Made by a program: the position numbers and the translations under genes
The notes under the pieces: generated by a model
What the model was told of the DNA's origin: nothing
Databases searched by the model: none
What the model saw: only the letters and a program-made list of their open reading frames with translations
Part shown: one piece after another, positions 15,695-29,015 of the stretch
Layout: the number at the start of each line of letters is the position of its first letter
Position numbering within the stretch: the stretch's first letter is position 1
Assembly (NCBI GenBank): GCA_964016885.1
Contig: OZ024742.1
Location: 139,376,001 to 139,440,000 of the forward strand
Reading direction: 5' to 3'
DNA: 64,000 nucleotides
Origin: Eledone cirrhosa
Taxonomy: Eukaryota

Positions 15695-15816
15695 TAGTAC
15701 AAAAAAAGTATGAGGTTTCGTTTACATGTAAAATATATTTATTGTGTATCGACCTGTTACGCGCGTTTCACAGAGGATTGGCTCATGGTCACCCATAGTA
15801 ATTAACTGTACTACCC

Positions 15817-15867
<51 letters not shown>

Positions 15868-16593
15868 AAACATACATATAAACGAAAAGACGGCCATGTT
15901 GAGAAAAGAGTAGTGAGGAGGGGGTCTTTATTAACAGTGGTGAAGATGGAGGAAGAAAGAGAAAGAGAGAAAGAGAACGGGGCAGACAGGGTATCAGTTG
16001 GATTAGTAACTACAGCCATAGTAGGAGTAGCTATATAAAAGTGGCGGTGTTGTTGGGAGAGAGTCGTGGTAGCGGTAAGAGTACAGACAACAGCGACAGC
16101 AGGAGTAAGGTGTGTGACGTCATAAGACTGACGCTGCAGAAAGTTAACGGTGCAAAGATGTTAAGATTTCTAATTTGAGTTAAGTTTGATTTATTTCTGT
16201 CATTAAATGGCAAACTGATGACAATAATTGAATATAAATTAACAACATGTTGCCAATGGAATTTCCTCTTTTATATATCCGGATTTGAAAACGTGTTTTC
16301 ATTTCTACGGTCCATTATATAGAGAGAGCTGGATAGAAAGTTCTCGCCATTTATCAAATGTTCATTGCCTTTGGCGTTTTCTAATATTTGCGATTACCGA
16401 CTACCATCGTTTAGGCATCTGAAATTTTTCAGACTAATAATATATAAACACATTGAGCTAATTCTGAAACTACTTGCAATTATATACAATTCTCTACATA
16501 CATTTGAGCTTTGTATATTTTACCTTTTACCTTTGCTATATATATTTAGCTGTCGAACGGCCGGAGCACAACCTATGGGGTCCTGGTACTTTT

Positions 16594-16679
<86 letters not shown>

Positions 16680-16682
<3 letters not shown>

Positions 16683-16797
16683 GGAAAAAATGAAATTTCA
16701 TTTCTCACTCTTAGTACGGCTGATACTTAGATATAAGTATGTATACGTCCATACATATATGTATACATACGTACAGTAGTATGTATATACATACATG

Positions 16798-16876
<79 letters not shown>

Positions 16877-17300
16877 GTATGGGTTTACTGAACATTTATT
16901 ATAATGCTCGGTTTATTTGTAAACAAACAGCCCGAATTATTAGCCGTACAGTGTTCGGCAACCATCGATGCCATTTTGTTCAACAGTGACAAAAGAACGA
17001 TGAACTAGTTTCTAGCTTATTAGCTGTCATCAGCACCGTATTCCTTCCTGTCAGTCAATTGAACGTTTGAAAGTATATACTTTCCTTATGCATATTACCG
17101 GCTGAGCAGCCTAATTTGCATATCGAGTGAGTTAGTCGGCCGGGCCTACCGAAAACGATAAACGGAAAAAAATGAAATTTCATTTCTCACTCTTAGTACG
17201 GATGATACGTAAATATAAGTATGTATACTTATACCGAACACTGTACGGCTAGTAATTCGGGCTGTTTGTCTACAAATAAACCGAGCTTTAAAATAAACGT
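16680..17300 (-). mobile_element. Second copy of the 11638 hammerhead repeat, longer than one unit, with a terminal inversion
   Basis: Direct repeat 16681-16746 vs 17163-17228; 17234-17300 is inverted relative to ~16895-16958. Confidence 0.7.
16997..17039 (-). ncRNA. Minimal type I hammerhead ribozyme
   Basis: Minus strand acggtg-CTGATGA-cagctaataagcta-GAAA-ctag-TT-catcgt. Confidence 0.85.
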
Positions 17301-17339
17301 AATTTTTATATCAAATTATTGATATAAAATAGTAAATAA

Positions 17340-20300
17340 AATATTGGTGAAATCAGACAAAACCAACAACTTATATGGAATAGATAAAACAGAATACAAG
17401 GGCTTAATTTTAAAAGAATTGAGAAAGAATTACAGAGAGGCCCCGACTGAGGATCTAGTAGATATCAATAATGATGCCTTTGAAATAATTGCCAAACTCG
17501 GAATTGAAAGAAAGACCGAACCTTTCATACCAAGGCAACCGAGGATAAATTTTAAAGACCACAAAGGAAATTTCGAAGAAGACTTGCACCTTCTAAGTCA
17601 GACATTGGAATAATTAGTAAAAATATTATAGATAGAATTTTGCCAACTTTGAAATTGAAGTCAAAGCTTAACTTATTTAAGGACACTAGTGAAGTCATAG
17701 ATTGGTTTAGGAACATTGAAAATAAGAAAGATCATAAATTTATTCAAATGGACATAGCGAGTTACTACTCATCTATAACTCCTAATCTTTTGAATAAGGC
17801 TTTATCTTACGCATATAAACACACTGATCTATCTAGTGAGGAGATTAATATCATATTAACAGCTAGAAGAACCTTGATTAATTTTAATAATGATTTTTAT
17901 TCGTTCTGATAGGCATAAAAATTTCGATATTACCATGGGATCGTCTGATACTGCGCAGGTTACCGATCTTCTGGGAATTCTTATCCTTAATACGATAAAT
18001 AGAAAACTGCCGGAGATTACCGGTGGTTTATATAGGGATGATATATTATTTACTGTAGTTAAACATAGTAATAGTGAACTAAATAGGTTAAGAAAACAAT
18101 TATAGAATTCTTTAAAAATTACGACCTCAAATTAGAAGTAGAAAGTAACACTAAAGTAGTTAACTTCCTAGATGTCACTCTTAATTTAAATTCAGGACTT
18201 TATTAGCCCTTCCATAAACCCAATGAAAACATAAATTATGTTAGCTTTTATTCCAATCATCTTAAATGTGTTAAGAATGCAATAGTCAATAATGTTCAGC
18301 AACGTCTAACTAGATTATCTGCTAACAAATCCATCTTTAATAACAAAGCTGGATATTATAACGAAGCGTTACATAAGGCAGGATATAAAAATAATATATA
18401 ATATGTAGATAACAGTAAGTCTAATTATAAACTAAATAATAATAGCAATAATATAAATAAAGCAGACGGTAAAAATAAATATAAAATAATATAAATATAA
18501 ATAAAAATACTAATTTCGTGAATAAATCGGGGAAAAAAAATTAGAATTAAATCTGTTATTTAGTATGCCCCACCTGCATCTTTAGTTATTAAAACACCTT
18601 TAGCACAATTATTGTTTAAAGCTTTAGATAAATGTTTCCCTAGAACACATAAATACCACTCTGTCTTCAATAGACATCCTACTCAACAACTATGAATATG
18701 GCTCCAAATATTGCAAAAATAAATAGCAGAATTCTTAGTTATAACCTACAGATAATTAGTGATAATGACAATATTAATATTAACAATAATATAGTTACAG
18801 AGAATAACAATAACATTAATTTAAGGACTTACAGTAGAACACCTACAAATATTAGCAATGATAATGAGAACAGTTTAGATTATAGAAATAACAGTAAATC
18901 GAATTGTAACTGTAGAAAAAGATCTGCATGCCCTTTGCAAAATAACTGCCTTGATAAGAACTTAGTATATAAATGTACTGTTAAGGCAAATAATATTACC
19001 TATAACTACATAGGTAATATCGATCTTTAAACTGAGATTTTCCAATCATAAACATTCTTTTTCTAATCCGGATAAGAAATTTCTACTTCTTTATCACAAT
19101 TAATATGGTCTTTAAAAGAGAAAAATATTAAATACTCAATATTTTGGTCCAAACTTCGCAACTGTCAAGTTTACCAAAATAACTCTATCTATCCTAACTG
19201 CAATCGTTGTAATACTGAGACTCTATTAATAATTGCTAATTATGGTAATTTAATTAACAAAAAAAATGAATTATTCTCAAATTGCTTGCACAAATCTGCA
19301 TCGACATTTCTAGCATCACATAAAATTAGGCAAAAACATTGACTGATTGAGAAAAGATCTGACTCTTATTAATAATTCTGAGTGAGAAAATATATTGACT
19401 CTTATTAATAATTCTTATAACGCTTTTATTATTACTGCTGTTAATATTGTGTATAATGTTTCTACCTAACCTTAAGAATTGTATACCTGCTCTTTTAAAA
19501 AGTATGATAATTTCTTGATTGTTTAAATACCCCTAATTTTGATTTAACATTTTTTAAATCCTATATCTTTTGAATTTGATATCTGTAATATCTTCTGATT
19601 CTTAAACCGTTTAATTACTTTAAATGTTTGAATACGTCGTACGAAGATATTGTCTACATTTATCGCACATTTATCGTATATAAGTTTCGTTTTGTCTAAA
19701 TTGATTTATAGTAAAATTGATACAGTAAAATTTAGTTAAATCAAAATAATAATACCCTTTAGTCTAATTATAACTAATAATTAATCTTATATATAATTGA
19801 CAGATTTAAATCATATAGTTTATAAAAGAACTATACACATGCTAATATCTAAATAAGTCCAGTTTAATAATATCATATTTACTATAGTATCATATTTACT
19901 ATATTTATAAGCACCATTGTTAGTTAATAATATCTTTAATTTTGATTTTTGTAACCAAATTATTGAGTATATTTACTAATTTAAATATACCCATGTTTAC
20001 CCTTGAAATTATGTCAAATTATCTTTTTCAATTTATATTGTTTTAACTATGATATAATATAATAGTATAATTTCTTTCAAATATTATAGACTAAAAATTT
20101 CCTGATATTTAATTGATTATTTCTACCTAACTTAATATTTGAAAAAAAAACGGTCATACATTACATACCTTTATTCTTCTTTTCCTTGAATAATTATAAT
20201 ATACAATACATATCTCCCCTATTTGTTTTTAGTATCATCTCTCTATATTTTTTCCTTACTCTCCTTTATTTAGCTCTCTCTTTCTCTCATTTGCTCCTTC

Positions 20301-20640
20301 TCTAATACAGATGTTTACATATCTAATTATTTAAATTTTTAACAGTTATGTAGTTATAGGTTTATATACTTTTTGCTTGTCTTTATATATTTTTTATACA
20401 CGTTCTCATACGAACCCTCTCAGTTATATGTAGTTTGTCATGTTACAAATATTGAGTTTTGTCATAACTAATCACTGCCAAGATTGGAATTAAAACATCA
20501 GCACAGTTGAGGTATGTCAGACATTAATTTATTTTATCTGATGAGGACGCACTGATGAAATAGCTCAGTACCTCTGAAATATGTATAATAAAATATATTT
20601 GATCACATGAATGTCTATATTTATTAATATTTTGAAGTAA
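17340..20640 (+). mobile_element. Frameshifted, 5'-truncated Penelope-like (Naiad-type) element with a long AT-rich 3' region
   Basis: VKSDKTNNLY, FIQMDIASYYSSI, FDITMGS, GLYRDD and CNCRKRSACPLQNNCL...LVYKC...YIG are collinear with the ORF at 54092-56413. Confidence 0.9.
20532..20593 (+). ncRNA. Type I hammerhead ribozyme in the Penelope 3' pLTR
   Basis: ttttat-CTGATGA-ggacgc-actga(tgaaatagc)tcagt-acctct-GAAA-tatgta-TA-ataaaa. Confidence 0.75.
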
Positions 20641-20689
20641 TATATATATATATAAATTTTGAGTAAATGTTGGTTGTTTACCGACACCT

Positions 20690-21241
20690 GATTGGAGCAC
20701 TCGACGAAGTACGCAGGTTGGTTTCTTTACTCCGGAGTAATGTATAATAAGTAAGTCAAACATGTAAAATTTGGCTTCGTTTATTATAAATTCTCTGTTA
20801 AATATATTTCAGTGACAGCTATTATTGGCTGTGACCTCTTCAGGCAGTCCGAATTAATGTAGAAAATACAGGTAAACATATTGTTGAAATGTGTTCCAAT
20901 CTGTCAATTCATCGATATGTCCAGCTCCTGGGTGTGTTGTTAGTCCTACGAGGAACTGGAATCATGTATGGAGACTGGAGCAATCGCCGAAGTACGCAGG
21001 CTGGTTTGTTTACTCCAGAGTAATGTAAAATAAGTAAGTTCCTCGGGGACTAACAACACAGACAGGAGGTGAATATATCGATAAATTGACAGAGTGGAAC
21101 AACACGTTTACCTGTCTTTTCCACATTAATTCGTACTGCCTAAAGAGGTCACAGCCAATAATAGCTGTCACCGAAATATATATAAGAGAGAATTTATAAT
21201 AAACGAAGACAAATTTTACATTTTTACATGTTTGACTTACT

Positions 21242-21248
<7 letters not shown>
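20690..21248. mobile_element. Non-autonomous hammerhead repeat: ~1.25 tandem units (283-bp period) followed by an inverted copy
   Basis: 20693-20757 repeats at 20976-21040; 21038-21248 is inverted to ~20745-20957; hammerhead CTGAAGA-ggtcacagc...gctgtcact-GAAA at 20795-20848 (-) and a mutated CTAAAGA copy at 21135-21190 (+). Confidence 0.7.
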
Positions 21249-21282
<34 letters not shown>

Positions 21283-21296
21283 ACACACAGAGACAA

Positions 21297-21384
<88 letters not shown>

Positions 21385-21917
21385 ATATGTAATATATATA
21401 TACTCTTTTACTCTTTTACCTGTTCCAGCCATCCGGCTGAGGCTATGCTGGGGCACCGCCCTTATATATAGCCGTTTTGGAAGCCTCAACAATGCACATG
21501 GGCAAATCATCGGGTAACAAAAGCAGGTGGTATTGAGAGAGGGGGATGTAAGAGGAAGCGTAGAAATAGACGTAGGGATCGTAAAAGCACGTAGGAAAAG
21601 TGTAAAAAAAAATAGTTTCTGATTTAGGCACAAGGCCAACAATTTTGAGACAGGGGAAAGTCGATTAAATCGATCCAAATGCATTACTGGTACTTTATGT
21701 TATCGACCTCGTAAGGATGAAAGGCAAAGCTAACCTGGGCGGGATTTGAACTCAGACACTAAAGGGCCGTAACTCTATGCAGCAAAGCATGGTGTCCGAC
21801 ACTCTACCGATACAGCCAAACCACCACCCTTAAAAGTATAAAAAATAATAATACGAGATAGAGTTACCTTGGAAGCGATTTAATTACGCTCTCTACGTCC
21901 CTTTCTACGCTTCACCC

Positions 21918-21950
<33 letters not shown>

Positions 21951-22140
21951 TATATATTTAGGTTTGTTGGTTCAGATCGAATTGGTCCTTCCGTATGGTC
22001 AATCTTGATGTAATATTATGGAGAGTACTCAACGTAGTGCAGTTCACCCGTCTTCGTTTGTGTAGTTGGTGGTGCTAATACGGAGTAAATAAATAAAATA
22101 ACAGGAGGCTGGACTGGTGTAAATCCTTGAAAATGTTATT

Positions 22141-22198
22141 ATACTATGACCATTTCAATGACCGGGTTCCGTATGAATCCGGTGATATCATCAGGTAT
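22141..22198 (-). ncRNA. Type I hammerhead ribozyme (same family as 15162)
   Basis: Minus strand atac-CTGATGA-tatcaccggattcatacggaacccggtcatt-GAAA-tggtca-TA-gtat. Confidence 0.8.
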
Positions 22199-22399
22199 TC
22201 GAAATATAACAAAGGAATATATAAAATCGATGGGTTCGAAAAACAGAGACAGAGAGGACGACTGACCAATTAGCTGCTTTCACCTCGGTCAGGCGCCCTC
22301 AAGTGATGGCAACTCGGTCTACTAATGACCATCTGGTGAGAAGGCTAAGGTTTATAATGTACTACCACCTCTCCGTCAGAGAAGAAAAAAAAGAGAAAA

Positions 22400-22475
<76 letters not shown>

Positions 22476-23390
22476 AGAAAAGTCAGCGTAAGAGTCACAC
22501 TACAGTCATGGTAGAAGACGCCGCGAAAAATGTTATTCCAAAGAACCCATATTTTAACAAAGGCATATATATGGGTGTCTGTATGGTCTAATGTGTGAAC
22601 AGAAAATTGGAACGTTAACTTATGTTAAGAGTTATAGGATGTGAATAAACCCCTCCTGTGTGAATTAATAGTATTCGTTTGGTATAGACAATGGCCTGTA
22701 GAAGCTGGTTGACTTCCCGCTAACACACCCCAAGCCTATCACAGTTACGTTCCTAGAGTACTCGGAAAAATTAATTTCCATTTATTTCGCTAGACGATAC
22801 CATTCGAAACTGGCTGACACGTGGTTAGGAGGTGCTGGCTGGGATTTACAATCGAAGGCTTTCATCTTTACTCTATATCCCACCTTAATAACTTATCGAG
22901 ATTCCCTATGATACACTTAACCTTTTCATATAAGACTCTCTCTGTAGTTTCATTAAATAAATCTCGCAACACAAACCTTTAATTTTTTATTAATTTTCTA
23001 ATAATTTAATTTCATCCTATAACATAAGTTAGCGTTCCAATTTTCTGTTCACACATTAGACCATACAGACACCCATATATATGCCTTTGTTAAAATATGG
23101 GTTCTTTGAGATAACATTTTTCGCGGCGTCTTCTACCATGACTGTAGTGTGACCCTTACGCTGACTTTTCTTCTTTTTTCTTTCTTTCTTTCTTTTCTTT
23201 TTTTATTCTCTGGCGGAGAGGTGGTAGTACATTATAAGCCTTCGCCCTCTCACCAGATGGTCATTAGTAGACCGAGTTGCCATCACTTGAGGGCGACTGA
23301 CCGAGGTGAAAGCAGCTAGTTGGTCAGTCATCTTCTCAATCTCTGTTTTTCGGACCCATGGATTTTATATATTCCTTTGTTATATTTCGA

Positions 23391-23448
23391 ATACCTGATG
23401 ATATCATCGGATTCATACGGAACCCGGTCATTGAAATAATCATAGTAT
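23391..23448 (+). ncRNA. Type I hammerhead ribozyme (same family as 15162)
   Basis: atac-CTGATGA-tatcatcggattcatacggaacccggtcatt-GAAA-taatca-TA-gtat. Confidence 0.75.
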
Positions 23449-23508
23449 AATAAACTTTTCAAGGATTCACACTAGTCCAGCCTCCTGTTATTTTATTTAT
23501 AATTATAC

Positions 23509-23615
<107 letters not shown>

Positions 23616-23942
23616 GGCGCGTGGCTGAGTGGTTAGAGAAAGGACACATAGTGAACAGAAAGAAATTGTTTCTGAAAAAGTTTTAAGACTACAAAGCATG
23701 TATCTACTTGCTTGTTTGCAAAAATGAATGCTTAAGATACAGTATTTGATTAAAAGCTTTATAACATCGTGTGTATGGCATTTTTATCAGCAGATATCGT
23801 TGTCGTTGTCAACAGTCAACATCATAGTAGTAGTAGTAGAAGTAGTAGTAGTAGTAGTAGTAGTTATTTTGTTTAGTCCATAAATTATTCAAGGTTTTAA
23901 GTCAATCCTCGGAAGAAAAATATTGTGGAATTTTTTAGGTAA

Positions 23943-24004
23943 CCAATAGCAATAATCTTCAGTTGCATCAATAGAATTTAATAACACTGCACATATATAT
24001 AATA
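23943..24004 (+). promoter_or_regulatory. Candidate Pol II core promoter (CCAAT box and TATA box)
   Basis: CCAAT at 23943-23947 and tatatataata at 23994-24004, ~55-60 nt upstream of the ATG, in non-repetitive DNA. Both motifs are common in AT-rich sequence. Confidence 0.45.
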
Positions 24005-24057
24005 GGAAGTTTTACCGGTAACTTTATTCTGAAGAAGATCTTCCTACATTAAAGATC

Positions 24058-24106
24058 ATGAAGACTCTAAGTATTTTCAGTATGTTCATCGTTGTTATAG
24101 TTTGTG
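24058..24106 (+). CDS. Putative first coding exon: signal-peptide-like MKTLSIFSMFIVVIVC followed by a phase-1 intron
   Basis: ATG with A at -3, MK plus a hydrophobic run, then a consensus G|GTAAGT donor at 24107 after 16 codons + 1 nt. Confidence 0.65.
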
Positions 24107-25694
24107 GTAAGTATTGTACGATACTAAATTTTTTACTATTTTAACTAACTACTAATATGCACTATATTTTATTATATAAAAGTAAATGTATGTATATATC
24201 CATGTATGTTATCGCTTTCTCTTAATTTTTAGCTTATTTCTGACCGGCGACCTACCTGGTTGCAAAGTTCTATTGAAAAGGAAATTGTCATCGTCTCTTG
24301 TGTAAGCGTTTATCCCTTGAATCGTAAGAATGTTTTACAAATGTTGAAAGTTCCAGTTATCATGGCCATTTGTAGCTTATAAATTAAGTAGCTACGTTCT
24401 TGCTCCACAAATCCAAGTTCCGTTATACTTTTCTCTTGGCGATTTGGTATATAAGCTGTAGCTTCAATAATAACGGGTATGAAGCTGAACGTGTACCTTG
24501 GATACTAGATCAACATTTTATGTATGTATGTACATGCGTATGTATATATGTTCCTCCAACCTTTGACGGGTTTTGTTGTTCATCCTTGAGGGTTTCCAAA
24601 ACCACCTTCCTCACCAAGCAAGCTTGGTAGGGTTGCCGGCTTAGTCGCCGACGACCCGACCATGCACCGGTTGTAGTGGGTTACATGTTACCAATGGCGT
24701 TGAAGAGCGAGCGACATGGAGAGTCAACGGCTATTCAATAAAGTACTTTCTTTCTTTTTGTGGAGCGAGAGACTCCTAGTCATCATTAAGACATCTCTCT
24801 AGGACAAGGTCACTCTGAAACCTGCGACATCCAATGATGTAAACCAGTTCTACATTTGGGGTAAATGTATTCGATGTTCAGAGAGTCGGATTGGACCCGT
24901 GCTTTCCTCACTTAAAAAAGCTTCAAGCATAGTCATTGCTTGATATATGACATTTTTTGCGATGCATGGCATTGTTGGTCATAGGCAAGTTCCCAGCGGG
25001 TCTAAAATGGAACGTCCGTGATGCTCATGCTTAAGTATCGAGCGATGGCATTACTCAAAATTCGAGTTTCAGCCATTATGTATGTATGTATGTACGTGTG
25101 GGTGGATGTATGTATGGATGGATGGGTGGATGGATGGATGAATGGATGTATGTGTTTATATATGTATATATGTATGGATGGATGGAGGGATGGACTGATG
25201 CATGGATGTCAAAGTTGCTGAAATTGTTCGAGTCAGATGAGATGACTCGAGCAATTTTTCCGGCTCTGTGCCTTCAAATCCCATAACGCACTAGGGTCGA
25301 TTTAATCGACTTTCCCCTTCCCTAAAATTGCTGGCCTTGTGCCTAAAGTAGAAACTATTATTATTATTGTAATGGCGGTGGATTGACAGTATCAGTAGAA
25401 CGTCGGACACCATGCTTTGTAGCATAGAGTTATGGCGCTTTACGTTCTGAGTTCAAATCCAGCTTAGGTTAGCTTTGCCTTTCATCCTTACGGGTCGGTA
25501 AAATAAAGCACCAGTAACGCACTTGGATCGATTTAATCGACATTCGGCTCCAAATCGCTGGCCTTGTGCCTATAGTAGATACAATTATTATTATTATTAT
25601 TATATTTTTTGTTTGAAATAAGAAGACGTGTTATTCTGAGCTCCAGTAAGTTTGTTATTTTAAATTGTTTAAACGGAAATTGTTAAAATATTTT

Positions 25695-28600
25695 TTTTTC
25701 AAAGGGAACATAAGGCATCTGTCTTTGTCCCGAAGAAGGGCTTCCCCTCAAACTATCAGACAGGTACGAAATCCAGGTAGTCAAAGAGGGCCAACGGCTG
25801 CACTGTTTCGTTTGTGGTAAAGCCACGCACCTGCAAGCCTTTTGCCCCCAGCTAAAAACTGCAGGGGACCACAAACCTCCGGTGCTGGGACAAAAGACAA
25901 CACCAGCACCAGCACCAGCACCAGCAATAGTAAAGGAAACAGCACCAGCAACAACACCAACAAGGACCATTCAAACCACCGACGGAGTCACAAAACCCAG
26001 CTCTCCCTCTCCCCCTCTTTCAAACACAAACACACAGAACAACACTCACACCCCCGTAAACACACCCCCATGCCCTTCTGATACAGAATCCACAGACACC
26101 AGTTCCTCCTCATGACCAATCAAAGATGAGGAGGAACCCCCAAAACCAAAAAAAGTACAAAACCAGACAGAAAAATAAAAAAAGAATCCATCTTCAGACA
26201 CACCAACAAGTACACAATATACACCCGCACAAACACAGACACACCTACAACACCAACACACCTACAACAACACCAACACCACAACCGTCAACAAAGACAC
26301 TACCACCACCAACAACACTGACACAAACGCAAATCATGCGCCACAAAAGAAAACACGCAGACACCAACAACGACAGACATACCCAACGTTGTGTTACTAA
26401 GGATGGCCAAATGAAAAAAAAAAATTATGGTTCTGTAACAGGAAGACCAGATATTGAGAAAGAGGGAAAGATATTTGGCACCTGCACCTTCAAAGTGCCC
26501 CAGACACTGCATATGGTGCGGATGCCAATAAACACCTACAAAACAATAGAGAGGGTTATCCCGACCACGTGGGGACTCCACATGCCGATCATATGGGAAG
26601 AATGTTTAAATGTCCGTGGCCTGGGGTCGTCCTGGAAGCAGGGTAGCCTGCTGAACGACCTCAGGTCATTAGATATGGATGCGATTGCCATCAGCGAGAC
26701 CAGGATTAACGACACGCGTTCACTAGCACCCATTTTCAAATACTATCAGATCTTCGCATCTTTTAGTCGGCCAGGAATGGGAAGTGATGTGGCAGGGCTG
26801 CTTAGGAAAAACCTGCATCTCGAGGTAATGTTGATCTTTCGGGTCCCGGACGGTAAGATGGTAGTCCTAGACGTAAACAATAACGAAGGTTGTGAGGTGG
26901 TGTCTTTAGACGGGTGGCAGGACTGGTGGTGCCTAGAAGACTTTCTGAGAACGTCTCACTCATTACTGTTTGCGGCAGACTGGAACGGCATCTTAGACGC
27001 GCGCTGGGATTGTGTGAGAATAGCTGATGTGAGCGTGGGGTCCAAAAGCTTCAAGTATCTGATCAGCCAGTTCCAACTATCTGAGAGGTACCGACTAGAT
27101 TTCCTTAATGTGCCAGTGTGAACCTGGACCAACAGCATAGGGTCATCTAGATCGTATACAGATAGGGTTTTATTAGGTCAATAGATAAGGATAGTATCGG
27201 TTGTCAATACTTTCAAACGGTCGCCTATTCTGCTCACAAGTTTGTCATTTGTATGGTTGACATAGATAAGACACCGTCAACAACAGGTGAGAGATTAGAG
27301 TAATGTCGTTATGTTTTATCGTTAGGGAAAACTAGAAAGAAGGAGAAGCTGGTAGCTAAATTAAACGAGGCGATTTGTAGTGGCATTGTAACTGATGTGC
27401 TAGCGGTGATAATGGCATTTGACCATTTCTTCAATGCGAAACGCGCAGATTGCATTGTCAGAGCCACGGTGCGTTTCTAAGAAACGATGGAACCAAAGCT
27501 ATTAGATGTGCCCGCGTGGCAGAGGCGCAGCGTGGTAACAAAACTACAATTCGGTCTTTGACAGACCGAGACGAACGCGAGCTATTCGATTCCATGTAGA
27601 TGTGTAAAGCATTTCGCGAGCACTTTGCTCGGTTGTTCAATGGTAGTGGGGTGTTGGAGAGGGTGGAAGATTCCAGTCGCTACCTCAACGGTCTACCGCG
27701 TCTCTCGCCAGCCGATGCTAAGCGCTGCGAAAGGCCGATAACTGCAGCCGAGATTCGGCTGCACGAAGCGCAAGTCACCCGGTTTGGATGGTCTGCCCTA
27801 CAAGCTTTGCATAGATTTACCTGACGTGTTCTCCGAACTCCTCGAAGGGCTCTACTGCAACTGGCAACAGAACGGGAGTGCTCCCAAATCCGAGGCGTAG
27901 TTGCGTTGATAAGGAAAGACGTGAACAAGAGCGATACATTAGACAACTTCAGACCCATAACTCTACTAAACATAGAGTTTAGCGAAGAGGTTGGCGCTTG
28001 TCGTCGAGGATATGGTAAGGGAGACGTAAACTTGTGCAATCCCGACCAGGTCCATACACGATACCCTCCACCTCATATGATACATCATAGAGAGGGTAGG
28101 GTGTAAACCTGGCTTCGGTGGGGCTCTGATCACTTCAGATCAATCGAAAGCTTTTGATAGGGTCGACCATCGATACCTGGAGGCTGACCTCAAAGCAGCT
28201 GGCTTCGGCCCCGTCTTCAGAGGCAGGATTGATGCAATGTGCAGCGACATCTGCTCGATGGTCAATGTTAATAGCCATCTTTCGGAACTGTTACAGATCT
28301 CTTGATCTGTTCGTCATTGGTGACACAAATGGTTGTTAATACGATGACTCGATGCTGCAACGCTTCGGCCAGATTTAAAGACATAAAGTCAACAGCCACA
28401 AAAAACGATTTAGATAGATCAATGTTGCTTCCCCTTTGACGGCGTAACAGAAAATGAGAAATGCACATTGTGCATACGAATGTGACTTCTTATATATGTA
28501 CGCATGCGCAACCTTCAATATTTCCAGAAAACTCTACCAAAGAACCTCGGAAATAGAAGTGGTTGGTACATGACATTTAACGGGATTAACTGGAAAGGTT

Positions 28601-29015
28601 GTTGGGATGGCAACTCAGCAGCTGGAGAGAAAATCCATGATGTTCAACAACATCATAGGACGGTGGACGGTCGAATTGGTGAAATTGCTCGTTGTCAAGT
28701 TTGTCTAGACCTCCAGGAGGTTAAGAACTGGGACGGGGTAATGAGTAGGTTGACCACATTCATCCAGAAATGAACCGAGGGGAAGCTATCACTAAAAGGG
28801 CGGGCAGAGTTTGCGAACACGTACGTCGCGTCCCTTATTTATCACCGCCTGACCGTCGAGTCTTTCACCTTTCAACGCCTCAAAAAATTAAAGTACCAGC
28901 TCAGCAACTTCTTGTGGAAGAGTCAGGTTTCACTAGTGAGGCACTCCACCAGTACTCTCTGCGCGGAGGGCTGGGTTAGCTGTGGCTGATAGTCCGCAGA
29001 CATAATGTGAGCCAG
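25695..29015 (+). mobile_element. Degenerate Tx1/L1-like LINE (ORF1 zinc knuckle, AP endonuclease, partial RT)
   Basis: CFVCGKATHLQAFC at ~25805; CLNVRGL, AISETR and ADWNGIL endonuclease motifs; KSPGLDGLP, NFRPITLLN and DQSKAFDRVDH RT motifs; many frameshifts. Confidence 0.8.

Larger units (their letters stand above)
21955..23500. mobile_element. Inverted pair of hammerhead-containing pLTR-like repeats (arms ~22090-22640 and ~23013-23500)
   Basis: The arms are reverse complements and each carries a hammerhead; the (GAAA)n tract differs in length between arms. Confidence 0.8.

Noticed and set aside
17097-17165. Second hammerhead-like motif (CTGAGCA...GAAAacgaTA)
   Set aside because: The core deviates and stem I pairs poorly.
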